From a virus (Duplodnaviria; Caudoviricetes): 47,033 nt of DNA. Positions 9,728-18,160 of the stretch are shown here, piece after piece. How positions within the stretch are numbered: the stretch's first letter is position 1; each line of letters begins with the position of its first letter. The stretch spans positions 1 through 47,033 of IMG/VR virus record IMGVR_UViG_3300009117_000043; one strand, given 5' to 3'. The position numbers were made by a program, and so were the translations under genes. The notes beneath the pieces were generated by a model. The model was not told where the DNA came from. It ran no database searches and was given only the letters and a program-made list of their open reading frames with translations.

Positions 9728-10065
9728 ATCCTCCTTGCATTTGGATCAGCAGCGAGACACTGTTCTCTCAAACTTTCTAATTTTGCTGTATGATCTTCAT
9801 GTGGGTCATCATACTTTAACACTTTAATAACTGATAGTTCAAAGCCTTCCGAGCCATATTTGTTCCAGAGTTCCTGTAATCGTTTATTAGGATGCCAGTT
9901 GGCTGCCAATTTCATATTAGTGCTGTTAAAGTCTGATTTTGTATCTTTGGAGATACCCAAAAATACCTCGCCAGTTTCTTTACAACGGTAAGATATTACT
10001 CCCATTTCAGGATGTCTGTTTTTATAGGCTTCTAAAAGCTCTTTTTTTCTTTTTGTATCCATCAT
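9718..10065 (-). CDS. GIY-YIG-like domain protein
   Basis: GVISY..GEVFLG and HPNKRLQELWNKYG..F pattern; gaggtg RBS before 10065. Confidence 0.65.
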   Translation of the reverse strand: MMDTKRKKELLEAYKNRHPEMGVISYRCKETGEVFLGISKDTKSDFNSTNMKLAANWHPNKRLQELWNKYGSEGFELSVIKVLKYDDPHEDHTAKLESLREQCLAADPNARRIWR

Positions 10066-10287
10066 TTTCACCTCGACTCTAGTATAAAACAATGTATCTC
10101 AAAATATAATCCACGCTCCGTAGACTACATGAATCCAGAATTATCCAATAGACAGTATTTTATAAAAAATAGTAGCTTGTGCAACTTGCCGTTAAGTTTT
10201 TTCAATTTCCTGTATGACATAAGTATTATAAAAACGAAAAGCCGCCAATCAAGAGCTATTTCCCTAAATCAGCGGCAAGTCTTATAT

Positions 10288-11871
10288 TTAATTTTCTATA
10301 TCTATTGCAATACTTGACTTAAATTCCACCTCAATTCTGTCATCATGCACCGTAACCCTTTCAATAAGCCACCTTACTAATTGCTCGTCATACTCCTCTA
10401 ACTCGCAGGATTGCTCATTCAAGAAATCAGTCATTTCAGCGAGTCGTTGCCTTTTTCCTTCTCGCTCTGCTTTCTCTACTAGTGCATTTTGCTTTAATTC
10501 CCGAAGTCGATAAATTTCATCAGCCACATCTTCATAATCATTCTTTGATTTTGCTTGTATAAGGAGCTGTTGTTGTAACTCTTCCAAATTTCTATCTATA
10601 TCATCGGTGGTATTATCATTTTCTTCATTAAGGACGGTAGCTATGTTTTTCTGTAACACTGATAGGAAGGGTTCTTTGTTAGCCAAAAGTTCATTAATAG
10701 CCTTAACCACTGCTGCCTGTAATGTTTCCTCGTTTATGGTAGGTGCAGTACATTCAGATCCTTTTTCCTCCAATCGACTAACGCATCTCCAAACGATTGA
10801 CTTGTAACCTCGGTTATTCCAATGCACCCGTCGGTAAATATCGCCGCAGTTTCCGCAGTAAACAATACTCGATAAAGCATACTTACTGCTGTAAACTCGC
10901 TTTCTACCACCCTTGCCGCTGCGAAGATTTGCTCTTCGAACCATCTCTTCTTGAACTTGCATAAAAAGTTCACGTGGAATGATAGGCTCATGGCTGTTTT
11001 CTACGTAATACTGGGGAACAATGCCATTATTCTTTACTCGCTTTTTAGAAAGGAAATCAACTGTATATGTTTTTTGTAGAAGGGCATCACCAATATACTT
11101 TTCATTCTGCAGCATCTTTGCAACTACGCTGTCACTCCATTTATCCTTTCCGGTTACCGTCTTGACTCCATCCGTTTCCAGTGCCCTCGTAATTTGCAAA
11201 ATGCTGAAGCCCTCCAGATAAAGGCGAAAAATTCTGCGGACAATCTCCGCTTCCTCCGGCACGATAACCAGCTCTCCATCCTCATCCTTGGTATAGCCTA
11301 AAAATTTATTGTGATTGACAGATACCACCCCATCCTCAAACCTTCGGATCAAGCCCCAGCGCGTATTCTCGCTTAAGTTCCGGCTTTCCTCCTGTGCCTG
11401 GCTGCTTAGGATGGTGATTAAAAGCTCGCCGGTTCCCTCCAGCGTATTAACGCCTTCCTTCTCAAAAACGATACCGATGTTTTTCTCCTTAAGCTTTCGG
11501 ATGTTTTGCAGGGAATCCACCGTGTTTCTGGCGAAGCGGCTGACGGATTTGGTCAGTACAAGGTCAATTTTACCTGCCATGCAGTCCTCAATCATGGCAT
11601 TAAAGTCATCTCTTTTTTTGGTATTAGTTGCAGATTTTCCGTCATCGGCATAAATACCCGCCAGTTTCCAGTTTGGATTCTGCTGAATTTTTTCTGTGTA
11701 GTAGGATACCTGGGCTTCATAGCTGCTCTCCTGCTGTTCCAGCGTGGTGCTGACCCGGCAGTAGGCTGCTACTCTTAAGGCTTTGAACTGCACCTTAATG
11801 CTTCGGTCATATTCCGGCTGTGACGGTATGACGGATATGTTTTTCTTTCTTGTTGTTTGCATATGTTTCAC
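10288..11871 (-). CDS. Large serine recombinase (third of trio)
   Basis: AYCRVST catalytic Ser, KSVSRFARN, recombinase domain, CGNCG zinc ribbon and coiled coil. Confidence 0.95.
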   Translation of the reverse strand: MKHMQTTRKKNISVIPSQPEYDRSIKVQFKALRVAAYCRVSTTLEQQESSYEAQVSYYTEKIQQNPNWKLAGIYADDGKSATNTKKRDDFNAMIEDCMAGKIDLVLTKSVSRFARNTVDSLQNIRKLKEKNIGIVFEKEGVNTLEGTGELLITILSSQAQEESRNLSENTRWGLIRRFEDGVVSVNHNKFLGYTKDEDGELVIVPEEAEIVRRIFRLYLEGFSILQITRALETDGVKTVTGKDKWSDSVVAKMLQNEKYIGDALLQKTYTVDFLSKKRVKNNGIVPQYYVENSHEPIIPRELFMQVQEEMVRRANLRSGKGGRKRVYSSKYALSSIVYCGNCGDIYRRVHWNNRGYKSIVWRCVSRLEEKGSECTAPTINEETLQAAVVKAINELLANKEPFLSVLQKNIATVLNEENDNTTDDIDRNLEELQQQLLIQAKSKNDYEDVADEIYRLRELKQNALVEKAEREGKRQRLAEMTDFLNEQSCELEEYDEQLVRWLIERVTVHDDRIEVEFKSSIAIDIEN

Positions 11872-12785
11872 CCTTTCTTTCGATTTTTATAGGTTTCATG
11901 GACGGTCAGCCCATTGATAAATTCCACATCAATGCGTCCGTCTGCATAAATGACCATCTGTTTTACTATCTGCAAAAACAGTTCCTCATTAAATACTTTT
12001 GGTTGTTCTTTGTCTGAAATCGCCTGCTTCATTCGCTGCGTCTGATGCTCATAATCCTTCACCTGTGCTGTCCGATACAGCATTTCTGCCCTCTGGAAAA
12101 CGAGTGCAGCCAGCTCCTTAGAGGAAAAGCTTCTTTCTTCCTCCAGTAGCTTAATCCTCTGATCCAGCTTCAAAAATTCAGGAGAGTAATGCATTGGAGC
12201 TCCCTTCGGACATTTCTCCAGCAGGGCTGGCATTTTTATAACCTTATTTACGGTAAGGAGAAAAACCTGTTTTAGCTGTTCCTCCGTAATAACGCCGCAG
12301 ACGCAGTGGACTCTGTTTTTATAAATGTAATGCTTGCACTTCCAGTTGGATTGTTCTGAAGGCTTTCCGCAGTGTTCTACATATTTACGGAAGGGTTCAC
12401 CGCATTCTCCGCACCGCAGTCTGCCGCTGAATGGGTTTTGGGCATTCATGCTGTTCGGCTGTACAAACTTCCCCAGCTTTTGGCACTGCTCTTTTCTGCG
12501 GTTTTTGACCTGTTCAAAGAGCTCTGTTTCTATGATTTGGGGATACAGACTGTCCCCTAAGTATTTGATGTTTTCCAAAATCTTGCCGATAGAACCGTGG
12601 TTCCAGGAGGCTTTATTATTGGCATTCAGGATTCCCTTGGCAGTCAGCTCCTTGGCTATGGCATAGGTGGAGGTTCCTGACAGGTAGTCTTGAAAGATTT
12701 TTCTGACCACCCTTACTTTTTCTTCCTCCGGATATATCTTTCCATCCTGCATGCGGTATCCTATTGGCATATGTCTTTGCATCAT
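11868..12785 (-). CDS. Recombinase-domain/zinc-ribbon protein lacking the catalytic resolvase domain (second of trio)
   Basis: Starts at PIGY; has ILENIKYLG and CGECG but no YxRxS motif. Confidence 0.85.
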   Translation of the reverse strand: MMQRHMPIGYRMQDGKIYPEEEKVRVVRKIFQDYLSGTSTYAIAKELTAKGILNANNKASWNHGSIGKILENIKYLGDSLYPQIIETELFEQVKNRRKEQCQKLGKFVQPNSMNAQNPFSGRLRCGECGEPFRKYVEHCGKPSEQSNWKCKHYIYKNRVHCVCGVITEEQLKQVFLLTVNKVIKMPALLEKCPKGAPMHYSPEFLKLDQRIKLLEEERSFSSKELAALVFQRAEMLYRTAQVKDYEHQTQRMKQAISDKEQPKVFNEELFLQIVKQMVIYADGRIDVEFINGLTVHETYKNRKKG

Positions 12786-14401
12786 ACCTGTACTTCCTCC
12801 TTCCCGTAGCGCTCTGTAAGCTCCAGCTTGTTTTTAAGCTGGAAGGTCACGGTATTTCCTGCCGTGATAAGAATCTGCTCCACGCTTTGTAAAAACAAAT
12901 CCTCACGGTACGTTTCCTGTATTCCCGGATGGCTTGCAAAAAGCCCTATTAGCTGTTCTGTATGAAAAATCTCTCTTTCAAAACCGCTGCTGTCAAGCAG
13001 GAGTTTTCTTTTTCTGCGCATGGCATCCAGCTCTACCTGAAGGGCTGTCTGCTTCTCTATAAAAATAGCAGAGTCAAGATATCCCTTTGCGACCACGCCG
13101 CTTAAGATATGACTCTGCTTTGTCAGCTCCATTATTTTTTCATTGCATTCTCTGATTTCCTGTTCCTGCTGTTCATCCGCGCGCAGCCTTTTTAAGGATT
13201 CCAGCAGAGGTGAAAGAATTTCCGTATAGTTACCGGAGAGCTTATTCCACATTACGGTGAATGCCTGCTGTATGATATCCTCTCTAATTGACTTCATCCC
13301 ACACTGCTCCTTGTTCTCGATATGCGTGATACAGCTCCACTGCACTTTTTCATAGGGTTTTCCTATGTAGATTTTCTGACGTCTGAATACCCCGCCGCAT
13401 TCCCCGCATATGATCTTGCTGCTGAATGCATACCGGCTCAGTGACTTCACATCATCGGTCTTCATCTGCTTGCGTCGGTATTCATAAATCTCTTTTACCG
13501 CTTCTGCCTGCTCTTTGCTGATGATAGGTTCGTGGTTTTCAGAAATAAAATACCGAGGCAGCTCCCCCTTGTTTCTTCTTCTCTGAAAGGGTACTACCTC
13601 GGTGGTATAGGTTTTCTGTAATAGTAAATTCCCAGTATAAATTGGATTTTGAAGAATGCCCTTTACTACGCCATCCGTCCATTTTGAGGCACTGCGTATG
13701 GTAGGGATTCCCCTCTCCGTCAATTCTCTGGCAATGACATAGGAGCCTTTACCGTTTAAGTACTCCTTGAAAATATAGCGGACGGCTTCCGCTTCCTGCT
13801 CATCAATGACCAGCTCGCCCTCTGTGTCCTTAGTGTATCCAAGCGCAGGGGTTCCAATTTTAAAGGTACCGTCCTGAAACCGCTTGATTGATGCCCATTT
13901 GTTATTCGTTGAGGTGCTTTCTGCCTCGCCCTGTGCCAGCGAGCTTAAGATAGTCAGCAGCTGTTCACTGTGTTCGGATAGGGTGTTGATATTCTCTTTC
14001 TCGAAAAATACCGCTATTCCAAGAAGCTTCAGCTTGCGGATTGACTGAATGCTGTCAACAGTGTTTCTTGCGAAACGAGTGACCGATTTTGTGAGGATGA
14101 TATCTATTTTTCCGGCTTCGCAGTCTCGCATCATGCGCAGGAAATCATCTCGTTTCTTCAGCTTCGTTCCGCTCCGTGCTTCGTCGGCATAGATTCCGGC
14201 AAATTGCCAATCCTCCCTTTTACTGATCATTTCCTTATAATAGGCGGTCTGTGCAGTAAAGGAATTCTGCTGTTCTCTGGAATCGGTGCTGACTCTGCAG
14301 TAGGCACAGACACGCTTTCTTGGTTCGAGCTGCATGGTAACCTGCGACTTTACAGGATTGATCTTGGTTATTTTTTTAGCCTTGGTCTGCTTATCTGCCA
14401 T
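12782..14401 (-). CDS. Large serine recombinase (first of trio)
   Basis: AYCRVST, KSVTRFARN and CGECGG; aaggaggg RBS before MADKQ. Confidence 0.95.
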   Translation of the reverse strand: MADKQTKAKKITKINPVKSQVTMQLEPRKRVCAYCRVSTDSREQQNSFTAQTAYYKEMISKREDWQFAGIYADEARSGTKLKKRDDFLRMMRDCEAGKIDIILTKSVTRFARNTVDSIQSIRKLKLLGIAVFFEKENINTLSEHSEQLLTILSSLAQGEAESTSTNNKWASIKRFQDGTFKIGTPALGYTKDTEGELVIDEQEAEAVRYIFKEYLNGKGSYVIARELTERGIPTIRSASKWTDGVVKGILQNPIYTGNLLLQKTYTTEVVPFQRRRNKGELPRYFISENHEPIISKEQAEAVKEIYEYRRKQMKTDDVKSLSRYAFSSKIICGECGGVFRRQKIYIGKPYEKVQWSCITHIENKEQCGMKSIREDIIQQAFTVMWNKLSGNYTEILSPLLESLKRLRADEQQEQEIRECNEKIMELTKQSHILSGVVAKGYLDSAIFIEKQTALQVELDAMRRKRKLLLDSSGFEREIFHTEQLIGLFASHPGIQETYREDLFLQSVEQILITAGNTVTFQLKNKLELTERYGKEEVQV

Positions 14402-14481
14402 GGTTTTCCCCTCCTTTCTGACAGGATTACCTCCTGTTAGCAACATACATTACCACACAAGCTTTTGAATAGCTAGTGTTA

Positions 14482-14643
14482 TTACACATATACTTTTGCA
14501 AGCTCAGGAAGGAAGGTCTGGCGGTTCAAATCATCGATTTTTTCATATTCTTCTTGGGTAATCAGCCCGTTACGGAGCATAATCGTAAGCAGCTTCAAGG
14601 TGATTTTATACTTGACTTCATTGGCTGTCTGTTCCTTTGACAT
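14482..14643 (-). CDS. Small SHOCT-like protein (53 aa) preceding the recombinase trio
   Basis: Not in the ORF track. aaggagg RBS; MSKEQTANEVKYK...MLRNGLITQEEYEKID...LAKVYV. Confidence 0.75.
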   Translation of the reverse strand: MSKEQTANEVKYKITLKLLTIMLRNGLITQEEYEKIDDLNRQTFLPELAKVYV

Positions 14644-14681
14644 GAATCTCGCCTCCTTATTTCTGATGGGATTTTTCCTTT

Positions 14682-15059
14682 CTATGGTTGCATCACTTCT
14701 GACGTAGTCAGCCCGATACTAACTGCAAGTGCCCTGTCCACCGAAAGCATCCGCAGCCTGTTTAATCTTCCTATGTAGTCCAAAAGCCGTATACGGTCAA
14801 GGGTGCGTATCTGCTCCAGCAGTACCACCGAATTATCCTGGAGTGCTTCCATATGCCCCATTTCCACATGGGTAGGCAGCTTCTTCTTTGGCTGACTGGT
14901 TATGGCAGCGGCAATGATTGTGGGACTGTAACGGTTTCCGATGTCATTTTGTAAAATAAGAACAGGCCGGATGCCTGCTTGTTCGCAGCCCACCACAGGG
15001 CTTAAGTCGGCATAGAAAATATCTCCACGCCTTATGGTCTTTCTCTGTTCCTGCATCAT
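14682..15059 (-). CDS. PemK/MazF-family endoribonuclease with no adjacent protein antitoxin
   Basis: RRGDIFYADLSPVVGCEQAGIRPVLILQNDIGN, AAITS and LEQIRTLD. Confidence 0.92.
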   Translation of the reverse strand: MMQEQRKTIRRGDIFYADLSPVVGCEQAGIRPVLILQNDIGNRYSPTIIAAAITSQPKKKLPTHVEMGHMEALQDNSVVLLEQIRTLDRIRLLDYIGRLNRLRMLSVDRALAVSIGLTTSEVMQP

Positions 15060-15091
15060 ACGCACCTCCCTTGTTTCTGTTTAATGGCACA

Positions 15092-15150
15092 AAAATAGGG
15101 ATCACCCTTTTGCTTGATTTTAAAGGCATGCAAAATGATAGAGTGATCCC
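15092..15150 (-). terminator. Terminator-like hairpin upstream of mazF
   Basis: gggatcac...gtgatccc stem followed by tattttt on the minus strand. Confidence 0.5.
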
Positions 15151-15246
15151 CATTGCTTCTGACATTAAGACATTTAAAATTCAAAGTGCTTCATTCGACA
15201 CTACTCCCCAAGCACACAAAGCCCATGTTATATCGGGCTTATAGGG

Positions 15247-15607
15247 CGATGACCTGAACTGCGGCTGGCTTCACCGCATCATGGGAATTTCACCCCCGCC
15301 AGGATCTCTGCCGGCTGCCCTCATTGCGTGTTCCCCCGTTCAAGGGGGGCTGTGACTGGACAGAAGTATCAATATAGGCTGACGGGGTCATTGCGAAACA
15401 GGCTGCCACAGCCTGTTTTTTGGTCGGATGGGTACCGCTTTGCACCTTATTTGGCCGTCTTTGATAGCTCGGTAATGAGAAGCCCTGAACAGAAAAAATA
15501 TAAGTCTATGCTTTGTGTTCTCATCGCCGTACTACAGGTGGTCTTGGCGCATCCTCCAAGGTCGCTTTCCTTTTCGAGGCCCGTCAGCTAATGTATTCAG
15601 GTCATCG
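15247..15607 (-). ncRNA. Putative large (~360 nt) structured RNA
   Basis: 12-bp closing stem cgatgacctgaa (15247-15258)/ttcaggtcatcg (15596-15607), nested gctgacggg (15378-15386)/cccgtcagc (15580-15588), hairpin aaacaggctg/cagcctgttt (15396-15418), and no credible ORF. Confidence 0.6.
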
Positions 15608-15616
15608 GATATGAAA

Positions 15617-15629
15617 TTTTCAAAGAGCA
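15617..15629 (-). promoter_or_regulatory. boxA-like antitermination element
   Basis: TGCTCTTTGAAAA on the minus strand; a second GCACTTTGAA lies at about 15180-15189. Confidence 0.6.
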
Positions 15630-15696
15630 ACGAGGGAGAATAGAAAACCCCCTCACTACTAAGCCGATTTCGTGAGGGGGCTGCACGGAAATATTT

Positions 15697-16116
15697 TTAC
15701 TTTTCCATCAGTTTTTTTAATTTAGCAAGAATTTTAATCTTCCGATCATGAATTGTCATATGGTGCAGACCAGTTTCAGCAGACAATTTGCGTTCACTGA
15801 TAGCCCGGAAAAACAGAGCGTGAATGACTTCTTGTTCCTCCTGCGTAAGCTGTGCGATGCATTCACGGAGCTTTTCCGCTATTAGCTTGTCCATAACTTC
15901 ATCCTCCACATAAGGAGAAACGAGATCCAGAATTGCATCCTCTCCATTCATATCCTTGGTATCTAAAGTGCTGTAGTAAAATACACCATGTGCCTTATCC
16001 CGTTCCTCCAGATAAAGCTCTCGGCGTTTCATGCGGTAATAGGTGTCATATATTTCCTCGCTGACCGGTACAAGCTGACCCTGTACCTTAATCTGATATT
16101 TTCTCTTTTCTGCCAT
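15697..16116 (-). CDS. Sigma-70 region-4 domain protein (ICE activator type, Tn916 Orf7-like)
   Basis: LRECIAQLTQEEQEVIHALFF..SERKLSAETG..TIHDRKIKILAKLKK region-4 HTH; ggagg RBS. Confidence 0.85.
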   Translation of the reverse strand: MAEKRKYQIKVQGQLVPVSEEIYDTYYRMKRRELYLEERDKAHGVFYYSTLDTKDMNGEDAILDLVSPYVEDEVMDKLIAEKLRECIAQLTQEEQEVIHALFFRAISERKLSAETGLHHMTIHDRKIKILAKLKKLMEK

Positions 16117-16259
16117 GTGGCTTGTCCTCCGTTTCTGAATTTTGATAGTTAGTCAAAATGTCAGAAGCGGGGGTGAGCGGCAATGGAGCTCAACAATCAA
16201 AGTGCTTTCAAGCGCTAACTTTGGCTTAAAAAGGGAAATAACCTTATTTATTGTCGAAG

Positions 16260-16303
16260 AAAAAAAGTCAGTACGTTGCCTATGGCAAAATACTGACTTT
16301 TTG
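16260..16303. terminator. Probable bidirectional intrinsic terminator
   Basis: aaaaagtcagta..ttgcc/ggcaa..tactgacttttt with flanking A and T tracts. Confidence 0.6.
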
Positions 16304-16467
16304 TTTCTTTCAATATAAAATTGTATAAAAGCAGATTGATATGTACCGAAGAGTCTGCCTTTATTTAGACCTCCCGGAATAATTAGGGCATCGGTTCATT
16401 CCATGTCCTCCTTCACCTTGGCAGCGAAAGCCCTGTAGCCCGATACCCAAATATTCCGTCAAAAGCC

Positions 16468-16515
16468 GAAAAAGTGAGCAAGAGCCTGCCCTTAGAAGCG
16501 GGCAGGCTCTTGTGC
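16468..16515 (-). terminator. GC-rich hairpin directly after the riboswitch aptamer (expression platform)
   Basis: caagagcctgccc/gggcaggctcttg followed within a few nt by ttttt. Confidence 0.6.
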
Positions 16516-16519
16516 AGCT

Positions 16520-16602
16520 TTTGGCAGCCAGGCTATCATAGCGTGTAAACGCCGTAGACCCTATGGCTTTGCGCCCCTATTTTTCAATAGGTTTGCCCTT
16601 GG
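16520..16602 (-). promoter_or_regulatory. Cyclic di-GMP-I (GEMM) riboswitch aptamer
   Basis: Minus strand AGGGCAAACCUAUU-GAAA-AAUAGGGGCGCAAAGCCAUAGGGUCUACGG...CUAUGAUAGCCUGGCUGCC contains GGCAAAC, a GAAA tetraloop, CGCAAAGC and the receptor stem. Confidence 0.85.
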
Positions 16603-18160
16603 CTCTATTCTCTTTTTATACTTACTTCACTTTTCTCACGCCGTTTTCATCGACCTCATAGCCGTCAATTTTAGTGCTTTTAGCAAGAGAACCATCGGCA
16701 TTGAAGTAGTACCATTTACCTTCGATCTCCAGCCATTTTTCGGCAACCATGCTGCCGTCAGCAGTGAAATAGTAGTGATACTTGCCACCGTCAGTCGTGA
16801 GCCAGCCGATGGCAGGCTTGCCGTTTTCGCCAATATACTGCAACAGACCGGCATCATTCTGTACCCAGCCGCGCGCTGTGCCTTCGTCAATGACCAGCTC
16901 CACGAAGCGGCGCAGGATAGTAGATGCTTCCGCACGTGTTGCGTTGCCCTGCGGATCAAAGAGATTATTACCCTTACCGCCCACCACTCCGGTCTGCTGG
17001 ATTGCCTTTACCTCAGCTTTTGCGTAAGCGGATATTTTTGCGTCATCGGCAAAAGTAATGCTCTGCCGTGATACCGGCAGCTTGTAGCCGGTAGCTGTTG
17101 CATAGTTCTGCATCATTACCGCCATATCCTGACGGCTGATCTGTTCATCGGGGCCAAACTTGCCGCCTCCGATGCCCTGCACAATCTTGTTCTTAACCGC
17201 CCATTCGATATAAGGCATGGCGGTATCAGTGCCCTTCACATCGGTGAAGCTGCTGGTTTTGTAACTACTCACATCCGCACCGGAAAGCCTGCCCAGTGCC
17301 ATCAGGAAGTCGGCACGTGTGATGGCTGTGTTCGGTGCAAAGGTGGTCGTGCTGGTGCCGCTGATCAGGTCACGGCTGACAACAAAATCAATATTGTCCT
17401 TTGCCCAATGCTTCGCTGTATCGATGAAAGCAGGAGAGGGAGCCTTGTAACCCACGCCATAGGTTGACAGGCTGTTTCTGCTGAAAATCAGTCTGCCGGT
17501 ATTGTCGTAACTGGAGTTCGTCAAAAGCTCCGGCTTGCCGTTCTTATCGACATACACGCCAAATAGATTGCCTTTGTTTTCTTTGGCTGTTGCTTCGTAG
17601 GCAAGCCCCAGCGTCACGATCCCCTTGCCAAACTTGCTGACATACTCGGTTTTGCCGTTCTTCTGATAGCTTACAGTAATGTCAAACACAGGACGATTGC
17701 CGATGAGCTTCTTTGCCGCATCGGACAGCTTCGTCAGCTTCCTCGCAGAAACCGTAACCGTGCCAGTGGATTGATTGTCAACCTCGGCGATCGCACCAGT
17801 ATCAAGGGTTACATCAAGTACAGACGAGCCGATTTTGATAAATTTAACACCTAATTCTTTTAGACGGTCGATTGCACCCGCATCAATAGTTGCATTCAGG
17901 TTAGTATAGCTGCCACTGCCTATGACATTGAAATCTACAGCAATTCCATCAAATTTCTTTCCGGATTTTTCCGCCGCATCCTGCGCCGCCTTGATGGCGT
18001 CCTTCACCATCTGTTCGGTGATGGTTGCAGAGAGAATGCCTTCTTTCACTGTTCCTGAAACGCTCATTTTTGCCACAGTTGGCATATAGGGCTGTTTGTC
18101 GGTGGTGATGTTTGTTTTTGGCACAGTCATTCCGCCGCTTGAACCGCCGCCACCGCCTGA
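16603..18160 (-). repeat. Copy 1 of the ~1.55-kb direct repeat encoding the shared C-terminal anchor
   Basis: Near-identical to 23558-25118 from the Gly linker GGGGSxGGMTVPKT to about 20 nt past the stop. Confidence 0.9.

Noticed and set aside
14944-15165. 73-aa ORF as a possible MazE antitoxin
   Set aside because: It overlaps mazF by more than 100 nt, has no RBS or AbrB/RHH features, and runs through a hairpin.
15328-15591. 87-aa plus-strand ORF within the structured region
   Set aside because: It has a GTG start without an RBS and non-protein-like composition; nested base pairing explains the region better.
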